The translations under genes and the position numbers were made by a program. Below, in pieces: positions 1 to 13,255 of a stretch of DNA of 64,000 nucleotides. This DNA is from Cetorhinus maximus. Its lineage: Eukaryota. The notes below the pieces were generated by a model. That model worked only from the letters and a program-made list of their open reading frames with translations, searched no databases and was not told the origin of the DNA. The stretch spans positions 2,232,001-2,296,000 of the forward strand of contig NC_135901.1 in assembly GCF_964194155.1 (NCBI RefSeq), written 5' to 3'. Within the stretch, counting starts at the first letter, position 1, and each line of letters starts with the position of its first letter.

Positions 1-2535
1 TCAGAACTGACATCAAGCCTTGTTTGTTTGCCTAGCCAACTGAGTTGCCCAATTAGACTTCTGCATTCCTTTTTTTCAATTTCAGAAGCCGCGGTATCTT
101 TCTGGGAGGCCCTACCATGACTAATTGCAACGGGATTGATGTTCTCTAAGTAGGATTGCTGATGTAAAAGGATATGTGATCCTTCCTGCCTGATTTCCAA
201 TCCAATGTACTTAAATGCAACAAAAGGCTGACTTCCAATTTTTAAACTCCGTTCTGAGCCCATTAATGGCAACTGTTTCAAATTCACTACTACTACCCCA
301 CACAAATCATCTAGATGCATCATAAAGATGCCTGCAAGTTCCCTCCATGGTACCAATAAAACATTGCCGGGCCTTCCAACCGAAGGCAGCCCAGCACTAA
401 CAAAACTGACCTCACTGAGAAATACCAAACTCTGGAGGCGTCATTTAAACTGTATACACATTTATTTAGCTTCCAGAGAATCCTTTCTACGTTTGGCACC
501 TCTTTTGGTGGACGGGGAAAAATTTCCCTTTGAAGTTGGTCTCCCTGCAAAAAAGCAGCTTTAATATCAATGGACTCGCATTCCCAAGCATTTGTAGCTA
601 ATAGAGCCAAAAGGATCTCCAACATAACTTTCCCTGCTGTCGGTGAATGTACTCGCGCACCCTGGTCACGCAGTTTTTCTTCAAACCCTCATACCACTGG
701 TCTGGCTTTAGTTTTAGAAGTCCCATCAGGAAGCACCTTTTCCATGCATATCCGCCTATGAGACAGAGCTGGTTGTCCCCTATCTGGTATACCCCAAATT
801 CTTTCCAACTCTGTAGTTCTTGCTGTTTGGCATCCTTTATTAATTTATAGTCTAATTTGTTTGAAACTAATAAGGCTTCTCAATCACATGGGCTTCTGCT
901 CCTTGTTACCAGTCTGTGCTATATTCCTTGACCTTGTTAAGCTATACTCTCTATCCTGCCTTCTATCATGCTCCGGATGTTATGTTTGATCTCCCTCCCA
1001 TTTATAGATGTTCATTCAACAGTTCGCGATCTCCTCCGAGAGGCATGTTCACTCCCAGGCCCACTGTCTGAACTGATACTGCATTTCCATGCCTTCTACT
1101 TTTGTACTTCATGTTTCCAATCCATAGGCCTTTATCTCATACATTTAACCAGTTTTAATATTTCCAGTGGCCTTCCCTGCTCTACCTACGACCATTGCAT
1201 CCCACCATTGACTGGCTCCTTCTGGCAAGCATGTAACTTTAGTGCCAGCTTTCGACATTCATCCTCTGGGACAAATCGCTTCATCTTCTTTGTCCAAAGT
1301 ACTGTCTCCATCTTCAGATACCCTGTCAACTTTATCTACCTGGTCCTCACAATCGTGCAACATATGGGTATGAGAAGCACATGGTTCCTCGTCCCTTCCT
1401 ACACTTTCTGAACCCGCAAATTTGTAGTCTGTGCCAACTAACCTTGATGAGTGCACCCGAATAGTGTAGTTCCCATGTTGTAAATGATTGTTTTACCATC
1501 TTTACTGATAATCTTTCCTGGACCTTTCCTCTCATTAAGTCCTTCTCTCTTACAGTATACCATGTCTCCCCGATTGAAAATAGTTTCCGATGGTCATACA
1601 TTGTGTCTTAGAGCTCGCCGGATTATTTCCGAAACTTCGGCTTTAAAGAACACTCTTCTACCCGTGTGCAGTGCATTTAGATGCTCAGATAAGGTAGAGC
1701 TAATCGTAGTTCCCTCCCAAGCTGGGGGCTGACCATTCAGGGCTGAAGGAATTTTTGGGTTTCTACCGAAAAACCAACTGATATGGACTATAGCCCCCAA
1801 CCATCTGCAGTGAATTCTTGGCATGGACAGCCCATGCTAGAGCTGATGATAATTTACAGCTTGGTCTATCCACCAATATTTTACGAAGCATCTCATTTAT
1901 TACTGCATAATTCCTTTCACACACTCCGTTACTAAAGGGGCTTTCAGCTGCGGCATTCATAACTATTATATTCATGTTTTTGTACATATCCACAAGCTCG
2001 TCACTAGCAAATTTCCCCCATTATTGGTGAGGAATTTTGCTGGTGGTCCCAATCCAGTCCCTATCCACTTCTCCATTATCTGATCCACAATTATTTTCTC
2101 TTCTTTACTGTATATGATTGTCGGCTGGCTAAACCTTGTTGCCAAATCTACGAAATATAAAACAAAAATGTTCTTTTCTTTATCCCATACCTTTAAATCT
2201 ATTGTCAGAATTTCATTGAAATGCCCCGCTAAAGGTGGACTCACTATCAGCCGTGACAGTGTCCTTCTGCATTTCTTATGTATGCCACATCTATTGCTTA
2301 TCTGCTCTGTAATTTTAGTGTACTCTCCATCCCTTAGCAAAATCTTTAACCTTTGCAAAGAAGGATGGACAAACTGCTGGTGCAATTTTAACACAATTTG
2401 TTTTTCATCTTCTAAATTCCTATCCCCTGACGCTAATAACACTCCTTTAATCTGCTTAATAGAAAAGTTAGGTTTCATTAAAGGAATACAGTAGTGTCCA
2501 GATTGCGTAAATCATAAATCCACAGGTTTTCCAAA
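1..2535 (-). mobile_element. Degenerate Ty1/Copia-type LTR retrotransposon pol (integrase then RT)
   Basis: Minus-strand ORF pieces: LHQQFVHPS (integrase N-terminus), LTIDLKVW..FVDLATRFS..AAESPFSNGVCER (integrase core), then IDIKAAFLQG..LWKLNKCVYSLNDASRVWY (Copia-type RT). INT-before-RT order is Copia-like; many stops and frameshifts. Confidence 0.85.
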
Positions 2536-2574
2536 TGCAATGGGGGCAGGGAGGAGGGCGAGAGCAGAGGGTAA

Positions 2575-3200
2575 TAGAATCCCATTCCACAGGCCCCACA
2601 TTTACATGGTTTTTCCCTGTTGTGGATGTCCTTGTGTCTCACTATGTTCAACAATCAGTTGAAGCCTCATATAAACGGTCTCTCCCCGTTGTAAATGGTG
2701 CAATGCTTTGTCAGGCTGTGTAACTAGCTGCAGCTCTTTCCAAAGTCATTGCACTGGAACACTCTCACTTGGGTGCGTTTGTCTCGATGCTTTGCCAGTC
2801 ATACTGATGTTAGAAATATTTTCAAACAGACAAATATTTCTCCTTCCACATTCAATGGCTGATGATCATCTGGTCCTGATGAATCAATTAAGTCTATCTA
2901 GAGTCCATACCAACTCTGCAGAGGAATCCAGTCAGATCCATTCCTCCTTTATATCCTCCTCACCCTGCAAATTTATTTCCTTCAAGTGTTCATGGGATGT
3001 TTGATTTGATTTTCCCATCTGCAAGTCCTCCTTCTCCAATATGCTTGACAAGACGTTTACTAAAGCCATTACAGTACGTACACAATAGAAATTAGAAACT
3101 GATATTCCAGTTGACATAAAAAATCCTTTTCCCTCTCAAACTAGAATTCTCCTTCCCTGAAGGTGCTGATTCTCGGGTTCAGTTTCAGAGTCACAATTTG
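2575..3200 (-). pseudogene. Truncated ZNF paralog remnant (upstream exon, leader, start of first finger)
   Basis: Reverse complement matches the family leader (ILEKEDLQMGKSNQTSH..., ggcttcaactgattg..., KC.ACG.GF). It ends against the Copia sequence. Confidence 0.8.
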
Positions 3201-3319
3201 CCTCCCCAATATGTCACCCAGGTAACTAAATCTCTACGCCTAAAGTTAACTAACAATTTTGTTCAAGCGATGTCAAAATCAAATCCAGTGACTTCTACAT
3301 GTACTTTGTGACAAGGTGG

Positions 3320-3700
3320 GGTCATTGCGCCCCTCACTCCCACTTTTCATGCCAGTCCCATGTGTTTGGAGATCGGGCTGTGGCTCAGTAATGGCAGCCG
3401 TAACTCCCACAAGTCCCCGCTTTAGGGAAACCGGTCTATCCACCGCGCAGGCGGGACGGCCCGGGAGTGCGCATGGGCAATGAAGAGAGGGGGTACGCAT
3501 GTGTGGAGAAAAGCGTTTCACGGTGGCCAACATTGGAACACGTCATGGGGTCAAAGTGTCTTCATGCGGGGATTGACCAATGGGAAGAATTGGAGGACCG
3601 GAAGGACTCTTGTCTTCCAGGCAATCAGAGCGCGGGCTTTGTGTCAATGAAGATTGAGTTTAACACAGACTAAAATTTCCTCATGTCCAAATCTGAGTAA
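3320..3700. promoter_or_regulatory. CpG-rich promoter and exon 1 of the ZNF gene at 4986 (type-1 promoter)
   Basis: CpG enrichment, gcgcagg/gcgcatg NRF1-like sites, CCAAT, and ZNF143-like gccgtaactcccacaagtccccgc at 3396-3420. Inverted paralog at about 62290-62670. Confidence 0.7.
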
Positions 3701-4985
3701 AACACTTTCTTTTCTCCCCCTTTCCATTACTTTTCTCATTCTGGGTTTAAATTGTTGACTTGCAGGAACTGAAGGGAAAGGAAGCGAATCCAGTGAGGGT
3801 GCAGACTCTGGAAAGGTTGGCCTACTCTCTCTCTCTCTTAAAGACATTGACATCGTTTGCTCACTCATCTTGGCACATTTGTTTGTCTGGCTAATGTTCA
3901 CATTTAAAGGGGTCGTTTTCCCAGGGAATGGCTGATATTTAAGGGGACAGTAAATTAATATAGGACAGGTTTAAGTGAAGTGATGTTATGTGGTTCATAT
4001 TAGACATATTATTTATGGTTTTCCAATTAAGTACATTTATTATTATTTCTAGTCTTGTAATATAGTACTGTAGCTATGTTATATATTTTCAGACAGTCGA
4101 TATGACACAGAAGGAGTCCATTTGGCAACTAGAGTCCATACCAACTCTGCAGAGGAATCCAGTCAGATCCATTCCTCCTTTATATCCTCCTCACCCTGCA
4201 AATTTATTTCCTTCAAGTGCCCATCCAATTTTGAAATAATTGATCATCTCTGCTGCCACCATCCCCATAGGCTATAGGCTGCCTAAATAAAGTTCTTCCT
4301 CACATCCTGCGTGTATCTCTAATCAAGTAATACATTACTGTATATTACATGCATCTTTAGTCCAAAAAATATATTATATGTATTAGAATCAGTGAGCATG
4401 GACCCGTTGATCAGCATGAATTGTCACCTTCAGAAGAATTGGGGCGGTGTATATTAGGTACAGCAGAGTGAGAATGGAGGGAGAGTGTGTGGGATGGAGA
4501 TTTACAGCTTTTGGGGAATGAGAGAGGAAAGAATGTTTCATAGAAACTAGAATTGTTTGTTTTGAATTTCTAACCAGTACTGACAGTGATGATTTTTGTA
4601 AACTCCTTTCACAGGATATCTGGAGGTGAGGATTTGCAGACTGAAATCTCAAAACAAACATCACACCATGATCTGACAGAGTCACTCGATTCATTGGGAT
4701 GTGGATGTCATTGGCATTTGAATCTAGAAGGAGAAATGTTTATCTGTTCTGTTTGTGGAGAAGATTTCAAACATCAGTGTGACCGGGAAAGCACCAAAAC
4801 ACACACACACACACACCTGAGTGGGAGTGTTACAGTGAACTGACTGTGGAAAGAGCTTTAACCAGTTACACAGCCTGAAAAAACATCACAGCATTCAAAC
4901 TGGGGAGAAACCGTAAATGTGCTCTGTTTGTAGATGAGTCTTCAACTGATTGTTGAACCTGGAAAGACAGAAGGACACCCACACC

Positions 4986-5576
4986 ATGGAGAAAAGATGG
5001 AAGTGTGGGGGCTGTGGGAAGGGATTCCGTTGCCCGTCTGATCTGGAAACTCATCGACGCAGTCACACTGGGGAGAGGCCATTCACCTGCTTTGTGTGTG
5101 GGGAAGGATTCAGCAAGTCATCCACTCTGCAGTCACACCAGCGAGTTCACACTGGGGAGAGGCCATTCACCTGCTCCGAGTGTGGGAAGGGATTCACTCA
5201 GTCAACCAACCTGCTGACACACAAGCGAGTTCACACCAGGGAGAGGCCGTTCACCTGCTCTGAGTGTGGGAAAGGATTCACTCAGTCATCCAACCTGCTA
5301 ACTCACCAGCGAGTTCACACTGGGGAGAGGTCATTCATTTGCTCCAAGTGTGGGAAGGGATTCACCCAGTCATCCAACCTACTGACACATCAGCGAGTTC
5401 ATACAGGGGAGAGGCCGTTCACCTGCTGTGTGTGTGGGAAGGGATTTAATCGGTTATCCAGCCTGCAGGAACACCAGCGCGTTCACACTGGGGAGAGGCC
5501 ATTCATCTGCCCTGTATGTGGGAAGGCATTCACTTGGTCCTCCCTTCTATTGAGACACCAGCGACTGCACCAGTGA
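4986..5576 (+). CDS. C2H2 zinc-finger protein, 7 fingers, 196 aa
   Basis: [10 protein letters not shown]..., TGERPF linkers, uninterrupted frame, ATG in accATGg context. Confidence 0.88.
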   Translation: MEKRWKCGGCGKGFRCPSDLETHRRSHTGERPFTCFVCGEGFSKSSTLQSHQRVHTGERPFTCSECGKGFTQSTNLLTHKRVHTRERPFTCSECGKGFTQSSNLLTHQRVHTGERSFICSKCGKGFTQSSNLLTHQRVHTGERPFTCCVCGKGFNRLSSLQEHQRVHTGERPFICPVCGKAFTWSSLLLRHQRLHQ

Positions 5577-7679
5577 TTACAAGGGTTGATTCTGTTGTTA
5601 TTGCTGCTGCGAATCACATCCAGGACTGAACCATGTTCATCCTCACAGCTGGACTGGCCGGTCTCATGACCTTGCTTCCAGTGGACTGATGCACTTTGAG
5701 ACTTGTTGCGAATATCCAGTTTCATCTTTCATTTGGATCACAGAATGAAAGGGTGTTTGGAAGGAAAAAGAAATTCAGTTTGCCTTCCATTTTCTCCCAA
5801 AGCATAACTCATTGCCATGGAGATGGGCTGTGGGGATTAGAATATTTTTTAAACATTTATCTGGATGTTTCTCACGGGGGACAATTACAGATTTGGTCTT
5901 GTGTAATTTACAGTTTACTTGGAATTCATGTGAGGGGAAAAAGAAGCTGGAAGATTTGCCTAGTTTGAAGCTAGAGGAAGAAATCTCCAGTGGTCCTCAC
6001 CGTGAAAGGCAGTTGGCCTTGTGTCAGAGAGCAATCAGCTTGGAAAGAGATATGAAGAGGCTGTGGGAGCCGACTGGGAAAAAGCAGTTGGTCTATCCAA
6101 AGTGAGCTGAAGAAGGCAGTGGCATCCTCACAGAGAGGAAGAGCTCTGGATATCTAAATCCCAGACTGGGGAGAAATCAAAGTAAATTCCAGAGGGCTGT
6201 GGCATACCTTGGGTTGGCCCCAAAGAAAGTGAATGAAGCCTCAAGATTTCGTAAGGTAAGGGAACCATTGGGGAGGGAGTGGTGCTTTCTTCATTTATTC
6301 ATTGAGATATATATACAACAAAGTTTGTTTTTGTGTAAAAGCATGAAATTTTGTGGTGTAGTTCTTTCAGTTAATCACTGGCTGTTTAGACTTATCTTTA
6401 AACATTAACAGTCCCTACCGGGATTGTAACATTCTAGTTTGTTGCCTGGCGAGAATAGTGACCAGAAACGGTCAGTGAGAATCTCCACAGAGAGCGAGGT
6501 AGCAGAAGCCAATCAGTGTCAGAAAGAGATGCCAGCATTTATTGTCCATCCTTAATTGCCCATGAGACGGTTGTGATGATCTTCCTTCTCCAACCGCTGC
6601 AGCCCACCTTGTCCAACTTATCTGTTGTGGTATGGTGCAGCTGAGTTTCTTTCTCAGCCATTTCCGAGGAAGGTTAAGAGTCAACCACATTGCTGTGGGT
6701 CCCGAGTCACATGTAGGCTAGACCAGGGAAGGACAGCAGATTTCCTGCCCTCCAGGGTATTGGTGAACCAGGTGTAAGAGAATTCCAAAGATTCACAAAC
6801 CTTCTGAGTGAAAACATTTCTCCTCATCTCAGTCTGAAATGATCGGCCCCTTATCCTGAGTCTGTGCTCCTGTGTTGTAGATTCCTCAGCTAGGAGGCAA
6901 CAACCTCTCAATGTCTACTGTTCATACCCTGACACTGGCTGCACATTGGCTCCGCCAATTGTCAATTGACCCTCTGGCATCAAAGTGAGGGAGCCACATT
7001 CATGATGAATAAGTCAAGGCTGGTTGACCTTGGCGGGCTTCTTGCTGCCCCCAGTTGATGCCGCTAAACCCTCCCCTTGTCACCAGGCTTCCTCCCAGCC
7101 GTGGGATCACCATGTGGAGCAGGAACACCGGCTTTGCTCCTTGTGGCACTGAAGCCCAGTTTGGTGCCCACCTGTCCCCCCTCCCACCCAGGCAGATACC
7201 AGGGACCTGACATTGACCTCCATGGGGCCTAAAGTCAGAAGCATTTTCAAAGTAAATGCCGATGCTCCTTTAAATTGATGCATTTGTCACTGAAAGAAAA
7301 ATCCAGTAAAAATCTAATTGTAATTTAGTACAGTGGCTACGTTATATATTTCCAGTTGGAGAGTCGTTACGTCACAAGCAATCCACTCAGTAACTCGGGT
7401 CCATGCCGACTCTGTAGAACAATCCAGTCAGTTCCATTCCCTCTCTCTATCCCCGTTCCCCTACAAGTTTATTTCCTTCAAATGCCCATCCAATTTCACT
7501 TTGAAATCATTTACTGTCTCTGCTTCCACCACCCTCGTAGGCAGCGAGTTCCAGGTCATGACCGCACACTGAAAATCCCCCCATATCTCTATCTTATTGA
7601 GTAGTGTATACGACACACATTTTTAGTTCAGTATATGCATGTGTGTGTATATATATATATATGATATATATCACATTCC

Positions 7680-9310
7680 TCATACATGGTGAAGAATTCC
7701 TTCACCTTTGCCAAGACCATACAGGACTTGCACATCGATCGCAATGCCATGTCCATGTGCTTGTTCAACATTGCGAGCCTATTCACTAATACACCGTTCA
7801 GGGAAGCCATAGAGATTTGCACCAAGTCACTATGTCATGGCAATCTAACCCTCCACCATTGTCTGAATCTGCATTCATTGAACTTATGAACTCAATAGCT
7901 CGCACAGTTGACATCTGATTTAATGACCACCATGCCTGCCCAAATGGATAGTGTTGACATGAAATCCCCCTCCAGGCCCAGCTATCACGAACATCTTTCT
8001 CAGTTTCCATGAGAAACACGTCTTTGATGGACTAACCCCTAACCTCCTACCCCTTGTGTATTCCCAAGCTGTAGATGATATACTAGTTATATTTGATTCT
8101 GCAGCTGCATCTAAGGTTTCCTTATATATCTTAATGGGTTCCAGCCGGTGCTCAAATTCCCCTTTGAAATGGAGCAGTCAAAGGAGCTCCCATTCCTCAA
8201 TGTGGTGGTTGAGATACCTGCTAATGGGTTCTCTACTACCGTCTACTGCATGCCTGCCTTCACTGGTTAATATATGTGTTGCGATTCCTACATTTCCACG
8301 CACTATAAGATTGGCCTAATCAGCAATCTCGTAAACAAGGCCCTGAGCCATTTGCTCACCATGCAAGCTTGATGCCAAATAGGCTGCATCAAAGCTATCC
8401 TGCGGGTTAATGGCTACCATGACCAGACCAGGGGGTCGCTGTATAATCGCGCAAACTCATGAATGGGCCTAAGGCCTTGGGTCCTGAAAATGCCCAATCT
8501 ACCTCAGATTATCCTGGAAGCATAAGGTGTCTCAAAAATTTAAGCAACACTGTTACTATGCAGTGGCAACATTAGTAATATTCTTCACTAACAGAATGCT
8601 GATGTGAAACCAAAAGGACATTCTGTCTACCACACAAATGAGTAACGTGGTATATGAATTTCAGTGCTGGGGTGTTGCCAGGTATGTAGCCCGTATGTCT
8701 CAATGACTGGCGGATCATATCAAGCAGCACATCTTTTTGGCTGTTCGCAACAGGCAAAGTACTGACTGTAGTTAACCAGACAGAGCTTGCAAAACTCAGA
8801 ACATAGTGACTAACTGATGTGATTCTGCAATTGGACAACACTTACTAAACAATCCTGATTGTGCTAAGAATGAAACTAACAACCAATTTAAGATTATCAG
8901 TCAGACTCACAGTGTGGCTCACCAAGATTCAAACACCGGGCCCCATTTTTTTCAAACAGAAAGAACATGTCCATTCATTGCACCTTTTTCAACTAAACAG
9001 AAGCTTCGGGGACAGCCATTCCCTTGTTCATTCCCCAAGGCAATGAATTGACCAGTCAGAGTCAACTTGTCTGGTTTGAATTTTTAAGAAAAGCTTGGCA
9101 GTTACTGTTCCCTGGTGCATTCTCCATGGCGACAGCTCTACCAATCACAGTCCACTTGCCAACCAATCAGCACCCCTTTTTCATACCCGTTGTTCCCTTT
9201 GAGATTTGGTATTCTTGTGGATCTATCCTGATGAGGGCAAGATGAAAAGCTTCGACATCATGTCTCTTTTCTCGGCAATACTAAAGTTCTGTACTAGCAA
9301 GTGACTACCT
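7680..9310 (+). mobile_element. Penelope-like retroelement (RT and GIY-YIG remnants)
   Basis: KNSFTFAKTIQDL..IASLFTNTP RT motif, VVYEFQC..YV..SQ.L..HIKQH GIY-YIG-like motif near 8640-8730, and a hammerhead-like tail near 9225. Confidence 0.8.
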
Positions 9311-10273
9311 GTTAATATCATTAATGTAGTTAATATGTTCCGAAGGAGAGTCAAATTGGACTCGAAATGTTAACTCTGTTCCCCTTTCCACAGATGCTGC
9401 CAACCTGCAGAGTTTTTCCAGCACTTTGTTTTTATTTCAGATCTCCAACATCTGCAGTATTTTGCTTTTATATTAATCTGACCCTTAAGTGATTTATTTA
9501 TGGCAGTTAATAACATTTATTCAAGTACAGTGCTTACTTTGTTAATTTGTTAATAAAGTGGTGTTAATTCATTGATATTTGTCTGGACTCAATTTCGTTA
9601 CCATTTTTTATTACTGACTGGGGTCTCCCTCTCTCTCTCTGCGCCTCGTGTTTCCCTCAGCACACTAACTGGGCTATCCATCAAATCTTGGGACATGCAT
9701 GCTTCATACAAACAGTGAGATGGTGAGCAGGTTATTGCTGAGTAAGCGCTGCCTGATAGCACTGTTGATGAACCTTCCACTATTTTATGGCACAGTTCTA
9801 AAGAGTGAGCAGGGACAGAGGCTCCTGCGGGTCCATGTGCATTGATGGTGGAAATGGAAACAACAAGTGATTTCAAAAGGAAACTGGATGGGCACTTGTG
9901 GGAAATAAACTCACAGGGCTACAGTGACAGAATGGGCAATGGGACTGACTAGTTTGCCGTAGAGTCAGCACCATGGATTCGATGGGCCAAAAAGACCTCC
10001 TTCTCGGTCCTACTGAATCTGTGATCTAAAGAGCACAATTTCAGCTGCTCCAGTCTCTCCAACTGACTGGAGTCCTTCATCCCCAGTACCATTCAGATAA
10101 ATCCTCTCTCCAGCTTCTCAAAGAGCTGCACATCTTTCCTAAAGAGTGGGGCCCGTATACGGGGTTCCGGTCTACAGTAATACAATTGAAAAGCAGGGAG
10201 GTTATGTTGAGCTTGTCTAGAACCATGGTTAGACTACACTGAGAGTAATGTCAACATTAGTGATCTCCATTTA

Positions 10274-10620
10274 GAACCATAGAACACTACAGCACAGAAA
10301 ACAGGCCATTCGGCCCTTCTAGTCTGTGCCGAAATATTATTCCGTTAGTCCCATTGACCTGCATCTAGTCCATAACCCTCCAGACCTCTCCCATCCATGT
10401 ATCTATCTAATTTATTCTTAAAACTTAAGAGTGAGCCCGCATTTACCACGTCAGATGGTAGCTCGTTCCACACTCTCACCACTCTCTGAGTGAAGAAGTT
10501 CCCTCTAATGTTCCCCCTAAACCTTTCCCCTTTCACCCTAAAGCCATGTCCTCTCATGTTTATTTCTCCTAATCTAAGTGGAAAGAGCCTACTCGCATTT
10601 ACTCTGTCTATACCCCTCAC
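10274..10620 (-). mobile_element. Young CR1 LINE 3' fragment nested in an older CR1
   Basis: RGIDRV..LFP..RGNFFTQRVVRVWNELP CR1 ORF2 C-terminus. Absent at the paralogous site near 58450. Confidence 0.85.
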
Positions 10621-11349
10621 ATTTTATGAAAAGGAAATAGAAGCACTGGATAAGGGGCGACAAAGATTCACAAGAATAATTCCAAAGCTGAGAGCATTTA
10701 ACCCTCAGGAAAGGAGAGGGCTGTTTTTCTCCAGAAAAGAGAAGACTGAAGGGTGACCTGATGGAAGTCTTTAAGATTATGAAGGGGTTCAATAATTCAA
10801 CAGGGATTTCATGAGAAACCTCTTTACCCAGTGAGTGGTGAAAATGTGGAACTCACCACCACAGTGAGTGGTTGAGGTGAACAGCATGAATACATTTAAG
10901 GGGAAGCTAGATACATATATGAGGGAGAAAGGAATAGAAGGATATGCTGATGGGGGGAGATGAAGAGGGGTGGGTGGAGGCTCATGTGGAGCATAAATAC
11001 TGACATAGAGCAATTGAACCGACTGGCCTGGCCCTGTGCTATAGACTCAATGGAACAGAAACAAATGTATTTATTTTAGATCTACCTATAGTGGTAGGAA
11101 GAACACTATTTACTATCCAGGATAAAATAAATGTCCTTCATCAGCTTTTGTGGATTATTTCAGTGGAAATGTGCCCACTCAGGCTCAAAGAGCATCTGCC
11201 CACTGGAAGCAAAGTCGTGAGACCGGCTAGTCCAGCAGAAAGAAACCCTCCGACCCTCCCACTTCACCAACTGTCAGAATGAACATGGTTCAGTCCTGGG
11301 TGTGATTAACAGCAGCAATAACAGCAGAATCCAACTCCTGTCATCACTT

Positions 11350-12500
11350 GTGAACTCGCTGGTGTCTCAGCAAGGTTGGATGACTGAGTGAATACCTTTC
11401 CACACTTGGAGCAGGTGAACAGTCTCTCCATGGTGTGAACTCGGTGGTATGCCAGTACAGAGGATGAAACACCAAATCTCCTCCCACACGCAAGGCAGGT
11501 GAATGGCCTTTCCCCGGTGTGAACTTGCTGGTGTCTCAGCAGGTGAGATGACTGAGTGAAGCCCATCCCACACACAGGTGAACAACATCTCCCCAGTGTG
11601 AACCTGTTGGTGTGTCAGCAGATGCTATGCCTGAATGAATCCCTTTCTACACAGGGAGCAGGTGAACAGCCTCACCCCAGTGTGAACTCGTTGGTGTGTC
11701 AGCAGGGTGGATGAATTACTGAATCCGTTCCCGCACTCAGGGCAGGTGAACGGTCTCCCTCCTGTGTGAACTCGCAGGCGTGTCAGCAGTTGGGACGAAT
11801 TACTGAACCCTTTCCCACACATAGAGCAGGTGAATGGCCTCTCCCCAGTGTCAATATAATTCCAGTGCAGGCAGGGAAGGCAATCCCTTCCAACAGTCTT
11901 TTCCATGGTTTGTCCAAGGTGCGGTTGTCCTTGTGTCTCTCGAGGGTTGATGATCGGTTGAAGCCTCATCCACATACAGAACACGTGTACAGTTTCTCCC
12001 TGCTGTGAATGGTGTGATGTGTTTTCAGGCTATGTAACTGGTTAAAGGTCTTTCCACAGTCAGTGCACGGGAACACTCTCACTCGGGTATGTAGTCACAC
12101 TGATGTTTAAAACCTTCTGAAGCAGACAGACCAGAAAACAGTTTTCCTCCTCGATTCAAAACTGATGAAATTCAAAGGCCAATGATATTCAGATCCTGAT
12201 GAATCGAGTGATTCTGTCAGATGTTGATGTGACCTTTCATTTGAGATTTCTGTCTGCAATCTGTCCTGCAAAATGAGTTCACAAAAGTCATCATTGTCAG
12301 CGGAGGATAGAAATTCAGAACAGACAATTTTAGATTCCGTGGAAAACTTTTTCCTCTCTTATTCCCCAAAAGCTCTAAATCTCCACCCCACACACTCTCC
12401 ATTCTCTGCTGGACTTGTTTTAGACCCTCCCAATTCTCCTGAAGGTGGTGATTCATGCTGATAGATCCATGTCGACTGCTTCTTGTATTGGACCTTAAAA
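11350..12500 (-). pseudogene. ZNF pseudogene (about 7 fingers, deletions and frameshifts, start ATG changed to TTG)
   Basis: Finger ORFs split into 11625-11984 and 11306-11575; first finger partly deleted; accTTGgac at the usual start position. Confidence 0.85.
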
Positions 12501-12639
12501 TTTTCATACAATAAAAAACAGGTTCCACAAAATCACCAGCATTTCCCCCCTCAGCATATTTGGCACTAATTCCAGTTACAGATTCCCACAACTCTCTGTA
12601 CTTCCCAGGGAGTGTGAAGAAAGTGATTTACTCACAGAT

Positions 12640-13190
12640 GTTGGTCAGAGGAGGAAGTTTTAGTGTTTGCGAAGCTCAAAAGAAATGTTGTTCTGTTTAA
12701 AATCAAACTGCATGACTCGGAAGAAAATAAAGCGAAGACACTTCACAAAATCCCCTCCCCTCCCCCCCCCCCCACTCCTGCAGCTGGCAGCCCAGCGCGC
12801 AGGCGCAGAAAGCACTGCTGACCCGAGCTGGCCGGAGCAGGCGCAGTGCAGCTGCCGCCAGCGGTCGCGCTCGATCTCTTTTTGGATCAGGCAGCCGCCG
12901 TAGACAGTGTGGGGTGGGAAGGGCAGTTCGCTGAGCGGCTTCTCGGCCTGTCCGGAGCCGTCAGCCGGTTACCTGGAAACCTTGGCTCGAGGAGGGGGAG
13001 GGGGGGACAATGGGTGGGGGCAAGGCTCCCGTGTCCGCGCGCCTGGCGTGCAAGATTGGAACCCGAGGACGTCAACGCGGAGCAGAGTGATTCCCATTGG
13101 CTGGTTCAGGTAGGGTTCGATTGTGGACGTAACAATGCGGAAGTTGAACAATGAGCTTCAGGCTAAAACTTCTGTGCAACATCTGTCAGC
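12640..13190. promoter_or_regulatory. Bidirectional CpG-island promoter, type-2 copy 1
   Basis: gcgcaggcgcag (NRF1-like), gcggaagt (ETS-like) and attgg boxes, lying between divergent ZNF genes. Paralogs at about 21190-21730 and 49665-50295. Confidence 0.75.
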
Positions 13191-13255
13191 TGTGGCTCAG
13201 TTCATAGCACTCTCGCCTTTGAATCAGAGGGTTGTGGGTTCATGTCCCACTCCCG
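13188..13255 (+). mobile_element. tRNA-derived SINE head (SacSINE1-like)
   Basis: gtggctcagtt..tagcactctcgcc..gggttcatgtcccactcc with A/B-box-like motifs, inserted at the exon 1 donor region. Confidence 0.65.

Noticed and set aside
12508-12612. Known snRNA (Sm-site-like attttgtgg on minus)
   Set aside because: No resemblance to U1, U2, U4, U5 or U7 that I can recognise; kept only as a conserved element.
12846-13154. ORFs in the GC-rich islands (also 21.2-21.7k, 41.2k, 49.7-50.3k, 62.2-62.7k)
   Set aside because: Frames are not preserved between paralogous islands; expected in GC-rich DNA.
13188-13255. tRNA gene
   Set aside because: It matches a SINE head and lacks a complete cloverleaf. 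The same applies to 55880-55975.
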